This document shows, in pieces, positions 50,071-61,620 of a stretch of DNA of 64,000 nt (the first letter of the stretch is position 1; each line of letters starts with the position of its first letter). The DNA is from Gracilinanus agilis (Eukaryota): assembly GCF_016433145.1 (NCBI RefSeq), contig NC_058130.1, forward strand, positions 126,327,122-126,391,121, written 5' to 3'. Below the pieces are notes generated by a model. That model had not been told where the DNA came from, did not search any database, and saw only the letters and a list, made by a program, of their open reading frames with translations. Made by a program: the position numbers and the translations under genes.

Positions 50071-51320
50071 TTGATAAAGAATGAAACATAACTTCTAAGT
50101 TAAAGAGGGAGTTGAACCAAAATATCTCATTATTCACTTAACATCCTTGGGTTATATATATCAAGCTTTAGGGCTATACTGAAAAACACAGTAAGTAACA
50201 TCTTTCTCTTCTGTATCTTCCAATCTTATCTTTACCCAATGATATAAAATATAATTTGGCCTCAATAAGGTCTTGTCCTTAGTGTATAGTAAAGAAAGAT
50301 AGAGATAGAAGGCTTCAAGTTTGAAACCAGAAGTCCAATTAAATCAGCAGACAAAGGCAATATTTACAAATGCCTTGGTATTTCCCCAGTAAGATAGGTC
50401 AGGCACATACCCACCAGGAAGAAAGAAATGGCTAAATACATTAAGAGTTTTATTGACATCCTTATATTAAAATTTAATGGGAAAACATTTGAAATAATTA
50501 ATATCTGTGTAGTATCCCTCTTAATAGATACTTTCAGAACTATAGAATGGACCATAACTGATTTGAAAAATATTTAAGCAGAAATCTGAACAATCACCAG
50601 AGGAGGAAGATGGATAAGCATGTCAAAACACAGAATAAACACATCGACAGTCTAAAGAAGGGAGCAGCTAGATGGTTCAGTGGATTAAGAATCAGGTCTG
50701 CAGATGGGATGTCCTAGGTTCAGATTTTAACTCTGATACTTCCTGGCGATGTGACCCTGTACAAGTCACTTAACCCCCGTTGCCTAGCCCTTATTGCTCT
50801 TCTATCTTGGAATCCATACAAAGTGTTGATTCTAATATGGAAAGTTAGAGTTTTAGAAACAATTTATAGAAATTCTTCTCAAGCAAAGAAAACATTGTTT
50901 CACTGGGCAATAGTAAAGACTGATAGAGACTATCTGCCAATAGATCTGTTAAATGTAATCCAAAGTGGTTTACCTTTGGACGTATCCCCTAAAATAATTA
51001 AAAACTAAGAGAGAAATCAAATGGCCTCTCATGAATTCTATATGAATTCAGCCAGCCATATGTACACCAATAAGCATGGAACAAGTGGCTGAGTCACAAA
51101 ATTTCTTTATGGAAACAGGGGTTTAAGGTGGAATTTAAGATCAGGCTATTGCCATTAGAAATTACAGGAGGATTCTCTATAAATAATCTGGACTTAAATT
51201 TTCAAGGCAGATGAAAAAAGGAAATGAGATAAATTTTTCCATATCTCAGGGCATGTTTCAAAATTTTAGGAACTGTTAAATATCTAACAAGATTTGATCT
51301 GGTGCCCAGAATTATAATAA
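50071..51320 (+). mobile_element. Dong-R4-clade LINE fossil: RT C-terminus, thumb and CCHC region (split by a SINE at ~50661-50845)
   Basis: NDIKY.FGLNK; EGFKFETRSPIKSADKGNIYKCLGI (50320-50382); ILILKFNGK; EWTITDLKNI; GGR; SQPYVHQ*AWNKWLS (51050-51094); FFMETG..DQAIAIRNYRRIL (51103-51177); HISG.C.KILGTVKYLTRFDLVPRII. This matches the R4 pattern NKWL..G.LF.ETEGF..AIQDQVI.TRNY..HI.SGC..YL.RHD.VA.II. Confidence 0.8.
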
Positions 51321-51536
51321 AAATAGCTAACATTTATTTAGTGCTTACTATATGCAGATGCTTTACAATGATTATCTCATTTGAGAAATTGCAACAACCC
51401 TGAGAGGTAGATTCTATTATGATTCCCATTTTACAGGAAAGGAACCTGAGCTAAACAGAATGACTTGCCCAGGATCATATAAATAATATGACGCCAGGTC
51501 TACTGCTCTATCCATTGTGCCATGTAGTGACCATCA

Positions 51537-52075
51537 TAAAGCTTCAAATTTGAAACAAGAGGTCAAATTAAATCAGCAGATGAAGATAATATTTATAAAT
51601 AGCTTGGTGTTCTCCAGGGAAGACATGTCAAGCACAAACATATGAAGGACAAAGCTGTGGCTATATACATTAAGAGAATGACTGGCATCCTTATATCAAA
51701 GTTCAATGGAAAAAATATTTCCCTTTCCCCTAACTCTCATGGGCTAACAGGTAACAAACTTTCATATTACCAATACAAATATAAAAATATCTGTGAAAGC
51801 TCAACCAATAAAGTATATTTGAAATAGAATATTATCATGTTATTGCTGCAAGTTATTGATATAGCAGTAACAAAAAAACTCAGCGACATTTTAAGTTGTT
51901 ATTTCTATGTCATCAAAAATTTCCAAGCTACACAGAATGAAAAGTTTTTAAAATAAAGAGGTGTAGTAGAAGAAATCAAAATAATGTTGGAACACAACTA
52001 CACATGATACTCATCATCCTGTCTGTTCTGTTACTGGAATTGTATCAAATAGACTTTCAGTGAACCTACAGAAAA
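51537..52075 (+). mobile_element. Second Dong-R4 fossil segment: thumb fused to RLE endonuclease region
   Basis: DNIYK*LGVLQGRHVKHKHMKDKAVAIYIKRMTGILISKFNGKN, then HGL..KLSYYQYK..ES..KVY, VIDIAV (51852-51869), NEKFLK, EEIK.M and PVCSVTGIVSNRLSVNLQK (52018-52074). Confidence 0.8.
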
Positions 52076-52209
52076 GGAGAGAATATTTTCAGTTGAGTGA
52101 AAAGATAGGAGTTTTACTGATTATTTTTCATTCCTTTTCATTACTTCATTGATGAGCCTAATATTTTATTCTATTATATAATAATATAATATAATATATA
52201 TATGAAATA

Positions 52210-52465
52210 TTAACTAGTTATCTACCTTTGCAATCATCTGAAAAATATGAAATGTTAAGGAAAAATAGTTGGATAGCAACTATTTGAACTGCATTGAATG
52301 AGGAGAAGAATGAAGCAATCAGAATAACAATGGTGCTGAAAAAAATGGCCAACAAACAAGACTGAAAACAAAAGGACTATGCCGTGAATGACATCATCTA
52401 CAAGAATCTGTTCAATCAAAGATATTGATGAAGAAACGTCAAACAAATGATTTAGTCAAGTGGAG
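52210..52465 (+). mobile_element. Third Dong-R4 fragment (pre-CCHC region, out of order)
   Basis: QD*KQK..; SIKDIDEETSNK*FSQV resembles W.QK.LHG..IDKE.SNKWL and parallels 51000-51100. Confidence 0.55.
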
Positions 52466-52477
52466 GATAGATTGGAG

Positions 52478-52827
52478 AGGTGATGGCAAACCTATGACAC
52501 GTGTGTCAGCACTGACATACGTAGCCATTTTCGATGACACACTGCCTCATGTGGCTGCATACAGAGAAGTATGAGGCCACATGCTGAGGATGAAACATTT
52601 GCTGTTGTGTAGTGTAGACACTCTGTGCACTATAGATGACAATTCTTCCTATATTAATTTACCTATTTTGGTTCATTAAATACAGTTACATGTTACATTT
52701 ATACATTTTTGTTATTTAAATTATAAATATTGTGAATTTTTTTTTTCTCAAAGTGACACACCACCTGCCTTATGCTTGTTTTTTTGGTGAATTTTGACAC
52801 ACCAAGCTCAAAGGTTTCCCATCACTG
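52478..52827. mobile_element. hAT non-autonomous element, 350 bp (hAT1/nhAT1-like)
   Basis: Ends (ag)gtgatggcaaacctatgacacgtgtgtca and ggtttcccatcactg; 8-bp TSD gattggag/gactggag; GACAC subterminal repeats. Confidence 0.88.
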
Positions 52828-52929
52828 GACTGGAGTGTGGATAAACTTGACACAAGGAGACTAAATAGATTATAATAATATATTAAAATCATAATTATAA
52901 TAATTCTCAGGTGAGAATTCATGGGGTCT

Positions 52930-53930
52930 TGAACTAAGTGGCAGATGAGTGAATTGAAAGGAGGAGATAGGTAAGAAATGTTGTGGAGTTAGAAACAACA
53001 AGATTTGATAACTGACTATTTACATGAGGTGAGCAAAAGTGAGAAGTCAAAGATCACACCAAAGTTGTAAAACTGAGTGACTAGAAGGATGGATATACTC
53101 AACAATGATAGGAACATTCATAAGAGGAGTTGATTTTGTGGCAAAGAGAATGAGTTCTGTTTGGAACATTTTAAATTTGAGATGCTCAGGAGATAATCAA
53201 GTGGAAATATCCAACAAAGCAGTTGGCGATACAAGATTGGAACTTGTGGGAAAGATTAGGGTTGAATATATAGATCTGGAAGTCATTTGCATAGAGACAT
53301 GTGGTAATTAAATCCATAGAAGCTGATGAGGTCACCATGTCAGAGAGTATAGATAATAGGCCCGAGGACAGAGCCTTACAGGACTCCCATAATTATGGTA
53401 ATGATGTAGATGATGAATAAGCAAAAGATACTGAGAATAAGCAATGGGATAAGAGAACTAGAAGAGAGAGGTGCCATAAAAACCTAGAGTGAAGATAGTA
53501 TCTAAGAGGAAAGGATAGTCAACAGTGTCAGATGATACAGAGAGATCAGGAAGTATAAGGATTGAGAAAATGCCATTAAATTTGGCATTAGTTACTTTGA
53601 AGAGAATATTTTCAGTTGAGTGTAAAGATAGGAGTTAGAAAAGGTTTAGAAGATAATGAGGGAAGACAAATGAAGGTACTGAGTATAGGTCCCTGCCCCC
53701 AAGAATTTAGTTGAGGAAGGGAAGAGAATTAAAGAATGATAGCTGGTAAGGATAGTAATATCTACTGAAATTTTCTTAAGGATGGAGGAGACTAGTGTAT
53801 GTTTGTAAGCAGCAAAGAAAGAACCAGTAGATGAAAGAGAAGAAAGGGGGAATAATAGTGGGGAGTAATTTGCTAGATAATACAGGTGAAAATGCCAGTC
53901 TCCAAATAATTAAAACTGAAGACCACTCAA
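52930..53930 (-). mobile_element. L2 LINE fragment
   Basis: Typical antisense L2 ORF2 sequence (gaatgagttctgtttggaacatt..gagatg..ggaaatatccaa). Confidence 0.75.
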
Positions 53931-53941
53931 GAAGCAATGGA

Positions 53942-54137
53942 GAGGGGCAGCTGGGTAGCTCAGTGGATTGAGAGCCAGACCTAGAGACGGGAGGTCCTAG
54001 GTTCAAATCTGGCCTCAGACACTTCACAGCTGTGTGAACCTGGGCAAGTCACTTAACCCCCATTGCCTAGACCTAACCATTCTTCTGCCTTGGAGCCAAT
54101 ACACAGTATTGACTCCAAGATGTAAGGGTTAAAAAAA
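53942..54137 (+). mobile_element. Opossum CORE-SINE with 10-bp TSD, inserted in L2
   Basis: aagcaatgga at 53932-53941 and 54138-54147; A tail. Confidence 0.88.
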
Positions 54138-55974
54138 AAGCAATGGATGTGCATGACTGTATAACATAAGTTATAATATATTACTAACAAAGAATCACAT
54201 AGGATTAGTGATATAAAGTAAGACATTAAGAAATGGAAAAATGGAAATGAAGGTCATATGATGAGAATGAGGGATAACTGATGGGCATTTCAAATGCTCC
54301 ACTATATAAACAATACTAAGAAATCCAGAGGAAACTTCCCTAGTACATTGCATGGATTTCTAGCAGAATCCTTATAGAGGGCATGGTGGCTCTTTCTCTC
54401 AACCTTATTCTGGACTATTGCTACTGACATTTGGTTCTTTTTGTTGAATGTCTTTCTCTTATTTTTTATTAAGCAGATGATATGCCATTTCATTTTCTAT
54501 ATCTAATTGCATGATTTTTCCACTGTTCTTGGCAGCATTTAAATTACCTAGGATCAAGCACTTTCTCCAACAATTTCCTCCAAACTTTATTAAATTATTG
54601 GTTGCTATAGTAATTCATATAATGCATACACTTATCTAGTAATATACACACATATGCATATACATCTTTTACATTGTAAAACATACATGCATATTATTTA
54701 CATATGTACACATGTAACACACATATAAAGCAAATATAAGGAATACATTTCATATATACCCCTCTTACACACTCATATGTAGCCTCCCCAAACTTATTTT
54801 ATCCTTGGTCATATATGTTAGTGGTCAGATGTACTAGAAAAGATGAAAATTGCCTAATGAATATATTCTATTTATAGAAGGTAGCTAGAAATTGAGTATT
54901 TTTCCCAATCATTGACATAATTTAGTTGTATTATGTAAAAGTATCTAAGAAACACATCTCTAAACCTTGTCAGAATTGACCTCTCTTTTTTTTCAACATC
55001 CTTTGATTGTTTGTTGTTCAGTAGTGTCTGACTTCATGATTCCATTGTTTTTTGTTTTGTTTTGTTTGGTTTTGTTTTGACAAAGATACTGGAGTGGTTT
55101 GCCATTTCCTTCTTTACCTTTTTTTTTTTTTAACAGATGAAGAACTGAGGCAAACAGGGTTAAGTGACTTGTCCATGGTCACATAGCTACTGTGTCTAAA
55201 GTTAGACATAACTCAGGAAAACTCATCTTCTTGACTCCAGGGATGCCACTCTATCCAGTGTGTCACCTAGCTGCCTGGACATCCTTTGAAGTCATAGGTG
55301 AATAATTTTACTCAATTTTATTCATTCAATTTTTATTATTTTGTGCAGAGTTTTCTTTGTGTAGAGTTCATAAGTATTAACCAAAAATATAGTTCCTATG
55401 TCTCTTTTTCATTATTCTGTTAATTGAAAGGGTTGTTCTAGATCATATGTTAGGGTGCTTTTATCTCTAATAGTCTTATGTTCTTCCAATGATTGTATTG
55501 TTCAATCCTTTTCCATACATTCCCTTTACACACCCCTATGAGGTACTTAGGAACAGAGTACTTTAGGATTATGGGTGTTTGACATATAAACGACCCACAT
55601 TTATAAATCTTATTCTGATGGCCAAACCCATGCCAGTGCCATGAGGGGCATTGTCAAAAAGCATGAGGGAATCTGTGGCTTCTGAAGGAGGTAAGGGAAA
55701 TACTTTGAAAAGCAAAAGCACTTTGAAGAGCTAAACTTTAGTATAGGCTTGAAGTCAGAGCCAACCTGTGTAAGACTTGTCATCCCCTAACGCAGTGCAT
55801 AATGGGAAATTATAGGTGCTTAATAAATATTTATTGACTGACTTCTGTCCAAAAATACATTCTCTAATACTGTGAAATTCTTCATTTAGCTTTATAATTT
55901 ACATTGCTTGAAATTCTACCAATTAGAAATTGATTCAACAAACCTTCTTTTTTGTGGAATGACCCAAGACTTAA

Positions 55975-56085
55975 ATCACCATTTAAAATGTGTTTCTATG
56001 GGAAATGTGTTCCAAATTCCAAACAACCAACTTAGAAATGACTAAATTGGAAATTCCACACACAATGAATTCCTATTTTGCAAAT
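55975..56085. mobile_element. TcMar-Tigger fragment
   Basis: atgtgtttctatgggaaatgtgttcc..attccaaacaacc.acttagaaa recalled pattern. Confidence 0.45.
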
Positions 56086-56835
56086 CTCTGGTAGAACTGA
56101 AAAGCTAAATGCAAGCTCAAATCACCGCCCCCCCCCAATATAACTTGCAGAGAATGTGTCTATTTTTACGTAAAAATGTATTAATTTCCAAATCTCTAGT
56201 ATCAACTCCAATGTTAGAAACTCAAATTGAGTCTTCTATGTGGTCTACGAATGATTCTCTTGCAAGATGACACAATTTATACTTTTGATTCTTGCATGTT
56301 TGAATAATTTACTCATGACTTCTGTTTGTAATGCTTTATTAAATGTAGCAACATTCTTATAACTCCAAGTAGTAGCAAATGGGTTGTGTGACCTAGAGGT
56401 TTTTTTGGCTTTGTTTTGTACATTAATAACATTATTCTGAGGAGTCTTTAGGGTTCAGTATATTGCCAAAGGAGTCCAGAATATAAAAATGGTTAAGAAC
56501 TTTTGATCAGATATCTTTAGAGTCTTTCTCAGGGTTGAAATACTAAGATGCCTGCAACTTAACTATAAGTACCATCGATGGGTCTATTGAATTAAAATTA
56601 AAATCTATCTTTTAATATTAAAAACTTTTCTTCTAAGAATCCCAACTAAAGTTGGTAGATTGGGAAATTAGAGACTGAAATCATTGATAGAGTGGCATTA
56701 TTGGCTAGTAGAAAGTTTACCAGACTGGGTGTCTGGAGACTTAGAATCTTGTCCTGGTTTTATCAGTAACTAACTATTGGGTATTGGTTAAGTCACTTCC
56801 TTTGTCTCAGTTTTCCTATCTTTGAATACAAACAT

Positions 56836-58402
56836 GGAAGATGGCAGAGGAGGATGTAAAGTTTTCTCACCCTCCTGAAACCTCTCAGAAACTACCAAAA
56901 ATAACTCCATAAAATCAACACAAAAAGAGTAAAGACAGAAGTCAGGAGTCAAGCTGAACAGCTAAGGACAGCTAAGAAGGTTGTCTAACTTTCTTGGCCT
57001 CAGGCAAGCCAGTCATTGGCTCCAGAAGCAGAAAAGAACAAACAGAGAGAATCCACAAAATAGTCCAGGAGGGCCCCTTGTTTGTTAATGGGCCCCTTGG
57101 AATCTGAATCTTCTGGCAGAAGATCCAGGGAGCACCTGTACCTCAACTCTGGAGAACTCAGCTGGCCTGTACCTAGAGACTGAAGGAGTGGACACCTCAG
57201 AGTCTGGAAGTCTCATTGCTAACAAAGGAGGGACTTTGGAAACCTGAGAAAACATGAACTGGACACTTGCTCTGTTGAGGGCTGTGGATAGGAGAGAAGA
57301 GACTTTGCTGAGGGCTTGGGCCCCATCAGCTGTGGTAACTCCCAGGATAGTAGAGTCCCTGGTTGTTGCCACTGGGGGAGGTAGACTGGCTGCTTACTGT
57401 TGTAGTGGTAGAACTACTCAGGGTCTCTGGTTGGATTGTCTGAGGTCAATCACAGACTGAGTCTTGAATGGGGTACTTGAATGAATACATATGATTCTGG
57501 ACTCTAAAAATTACAGTAACCAAAAAGGACCCTGGAAAACACACACGTGCACACATACACACACACGAAATTTGGGATACCACCCATCAGTACAATAGGA
57601 ACCTAATCCAAAAAAGACAGTAATTAAGACTATTGGCCTGGGTGCTAAAATTTAAATACATAAATTAATAAATATGAGCAAGCAAAGAAGAAAGGACCCA
57701 ACTATTATTAGCTATTAAGGGGCCAGAGAAGACCGTGGCTCAAAATCAGACGATAATGAAATAAGAATACCTACTTCAAAAACAGTGAAGAAACACAATA
57801 AGTAGCTGCACAAAAAGAGCTTTTGGTAGAATTTTAAAAAGACCTCAAAAACCAAATGAGAGAGAAGGAGGAAAAAATTAGAAGAAAAAAATAAGAGCAA
57901 TATAAGAAAATCAAGAAAATTATGAAAGAAAGATCATCCAAATGAAAAAAGGGATCCAGAAACTTATTGAAAAAAATGATGTATTAAAAATGAGAATATG
58001 TCAAGGAGAAGCTAATAATTTCCCAAGATGAGAAATAATAAAGAAAAATCAAAAGAATGAAATAATAGAATAGAATAGGAAACATTTCATCAGAAAAACA
58101 TCTTACCTGGAAAATAGATAAAAGAAAGATAATCTAACAATTGTTGGACTCTCAGAAAGTTATGATTAATAAAAGAGTTTAGTTGCCATACTCTAATAAA
58201 TCATCAAGGAAAGCTGCCCAGAAGTTGTAGAAACAGAGGGTAAAATAGAAATGGAAAGAATCCATCAATCATCATCTGAAGGAGATGCAAAGATGAAAAT
58301 GCATGCATTATTGCTAAGTTCCATAGCCCCTAGGTTAAGGATAAAACTATAAGCAATAAGAAAAAAACAATTTAAATACTACAAAGCTGTGTAATTAGAA
58401 TC
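56836..58402 (+). mobile_element. L1 5'UTR plus most of ORF1, decayed, broken at its 3' side
   Basis: Starts ggaagatggcagag; ORF1 remnants (LENR..DNLTIVGL, IIKESCPEVVETEGKIEMERIHQS, FKY..IRI). Confidence 0.8.
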
Positions 58403-59220
58403 TGTTACCCTAATGCTAGAGTTTACAAGTCCCCCACCAGAGTACTTCCCATTAACAATTAGCTAATAGACTTAAATAGCTTTTTTATTTTATTTTATTT
58501 TATTTTATTTTTATTTTAAACCCTTAACTTTTGTGTATTGACTTATAGGTGGAAGAGTGGTAAGGGTAGGCAATGGGGGTCAAGTGACTTGCCCAGGGTC
58601 ACACAGCTGGGAAGTGTCTGAGGCCGGATTTGAACCTAGGACCTCCCGTCTCTAGGCCTGACTCTCAATCCCCTGAGCTACCCAGCTGCCCCCCTTAAAT
58701 AGCTTTTTGAAAAGGCATTTACTAGTATGGTATAGGAAGAACCTGTTGATACAAACAAATCCCTCTCTTCCTCTGAAAGCCTGGGATATGTTTTCCCACA
58801 AAATACAGACAGATCCATGAGAAGAATGAGTTTCAAGTACAATGATTCCAAAGTATATGAATAGGAATAACAGTTCCTGGTACTTTATGGTCTGAAAATC
58901 CTTTCTGGTATAAGGGATCCTGTTCCTTGAAGCTATCTCCCTCCTTGGGTAACTGTCTTTCAGCATCCATTTGTCTTCTTGCTCCTAGCTAGATGCATTG
59001 TCTTCTACTATTTCATTTTCTATGATCATTGCAACTGGATTAACTGTCTGCTACTGGTCTAGTCTCTCTGATAGCATAGTCGATTGTGAGGGAAGAAGGA
59101 AAAAGAGAAAAAATAGAAAGGAAAAGAGGGAAAAAAAGTCCCTTTCTCCTTCCCAACAAGGTTTCTTCCCAGGGTCTTCCTCTAACTCTGGAATCTAAAC
59201 TCAGAGTTCTCAATTGCCAC
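58403..59220 (-). mobile_element. Possible LTR interrupting the L1 (contains a young SINE)
   Basis: Abrupt switch from L1 ORF1 to tgttacc...; LTR-like composition; the far end and TSD were not established. Confidence 0.35.
58486..58693 (-). mobile_element. Young SINE1_Mdo-type SINE with (AAAAT)n tail and perfect 15-bp TSD
   Basis: cttaaatagcttttt at 58471-58485 and 58694-58708; body near consensus, CpGs retained. Confidence 0.93.
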
Positions 59221-60384
59221 ATTAACTGTTGTTTTCATATGTAGCTAAAAGGTGTGAATGATTCTTTCATTCAATCACAAGATTTTTCTGGTTGTTCATT
59301 TGCTTTTATCCAATGGTGAGATCTTTGCATTCCTCTCCAACAGATTAAGTACTTATTTACTTATTGTTGTAAGGTGTAGAGAGTTTGCTCAACACCTGAT
59401 TTATGGTATATAATTATAGTTCTTACTTGATAAAGGAATTAGGGCCACACCAGTCTTGTTTATACATTAAAACTAGTCATGTTCATGGATTTATTCTGTG
59501 ATGTGAAATCATGGCATTCTGTGATTACATTAATTGTGATTGGTTGAGGTGTTAGGTATTGGTTTTGAGATGGGCAATGGAGTCCAACTCTCTGAGAGAA
59601 GGGAAACAGATTGAATATCACTAGCTGTAAATTGAGAAAAGCTATAAATGAAGTAAATAAAAACTGAGACCTAAGAGTGAACATGTGGAAATTCATTCAT
59701 AAGGAGCTTACTTTTTTCTTGTTCTGTCAAGTGTTTATTATTATTGTTATTAAATTACATTGTTTGAGAATTTGGAAAAAAAAGAGGTTCTATCCTTACC
59801 CCATTCCATTTGAATCACTAATTAATAAAATTTAAGGAATTGTGAACACAAATTCAATTTAAATTTATTAAGCACCTGCCATATGGAGAATGTTGAGCTA
59901 AGCATTGGGGATATTGAAAAATGAAACGTTGTTATGTTCATAGTGTTAATGTTTCATTAGGGTATAAGCTATATAAACAAAAACACAAGTTGGAAAAGAG
60001 TGAGAGTATTAATGGTTGAAGAGATTAGGGATGACAGCAGAAAACCTCAAGATTATCCTTAATTACATTCCTTAACTACTTTTTATTCCTTCAAATCTTT
60101 GTCATAATATCATAGATTTAGAATTGGAAGAATTCCTAAAGGCTATTTTACATGCATGAAACTTCGATAAATGTGAATCCTCTAATCAACTCATTGAGAT
60201 TAGGAGGTAAGGTGGAATGGGGGAATCTTTCCTCTGAAGGGCACCTCCAGTGGAAGCATTCTATACCCTTCCTTGGGGCACATATGAAATTGAATGGTTT
60301 TCAGTAACTAGGATTGTCTCCAAGATAATGGATGCCTAAGGTTTTTGTAAGACTTTCCCCCTTAGAATTCTTCTCTGTAGTGGA

Positions 60385-60385
<1 letters not shown>

Positions 60386-60440
<55 letters not shown>
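60386..60440. repeat. (TG)n microsatellite (~55 bp)
   Basis: Direct read. Confidence 0.95.
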
Positions 60441-60441
<1 letters not shown>

Positions 60442-61139
60442 GAGGAGGAAATTTATCTAATCTATTTTCTCATCCTAATCCTAGGAGCAGAAAATGGTAA
60501 CTGACTAAAAAACATGATGGATGATGATTATATGTGTTTGTTCAGGAGTGGAGTTCATAGACCTTGTGTTTCTGGCTACCTCCACATTTTCTGCTTCCTT
60601 TTTCTAATCCCAGTTCAAAGATTAACAATTCTAAGAATGCATTTCTTCCATTCTGAGTTTGAGAATCAGAACTGACTTCCTAGAATATTCCTTCAATAAC
60701 ATGTTTGGAGAAAAAAAGAGAAACCTCAAACCTCAACAGAGGCAAGGATTGAAGCCATGCTATGACCTTGGGAAAGAAGAAGCAGGTGATCTGGAGCTTG
60801 CTAGCTCTGTTATTGACTTGAGTTCCTCAAACAGCACAGGCTTGAAATGATGGTGAAGTATTTATTTAGCATCCCTTACCTCTTCCTAGTTCAGTACATA
60901 AATTCTGAATTGTGTTGATGGTATCATAGAATTTGATTTGGAAAGGCCATCAGGAAGCACCTAATCTAATATATACCTGAAGAGGAATCCTTTCTGAAAC
61001 ATTGACTCCTTAGGCAGCTAGAATTTATTGTGTCTACTTTGTGCCTCTCACTGTGATGAGAACTGGGAGTACAAAAAAAAAAAAGCAAAAAAAAAATCCT
61101 GCTGTCAAGGGGATAGATCAATCAGCAAATGATGATTAA

Positions 61140-61620
61140 TCTCTGCCTGAAGGTGTTCATCCTTCATAGGGTGATGCCTTGACACATAAGTGAATTGGTA
61201 AATGAGGCAGAGTTGTACAAAGGCACCAGACTTACTCTCTCTTCCAGTCATCAAAGTCCAGTGGGAGACAAAAGTTGGGATAACTTTTGATGGCTCAGGA
61301 TGCAGTAGATGACCTTGGCCTCTTCAACATCTAACCCAATTCTAAGCTTTCCGAGCATCTCTTTTATCTGCTTTCATGGGCTTTGGAACAAATTGTTCTC
61401 ATTCACTCCTTCCACCAGGGTAAGTCTTCATGTGTCTGGGGGAGTCAGGCCTATAATTCATAGACAGATTTGAGTCCTCTTGATTACCCTCTTCTTGGTT
61501 TAGCCTGTCCACCATGACAGTTTTACCAGGATGTAGCCACTGTGCATACTACAACTTCTTAAACCACAAGTGGGAAATGAGTGGATTGTGGATGGCAAAG
61601 GTAACTCATCTGCCTGAAGA
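61140..61620. mobile_element. RTE-related marsupial repeat (WALLSI/RTE-SINE-like)
   Basis: tcatcaaagtccagtgg..gacaaaagt..caggatgcagt.gatgaccttggc..ttggaacaaattgttctcat recalled pattern. Confidence 0.5.

Noticed and set aside
51088-51097. Perfect ARE/AP-1 core (GTGACTCAGC on the minus strand) inside the R4 fossil
   Set aside because: About 0.25 such 10-mers are expected by chance in this window, and the extended ARE flanks are absent.
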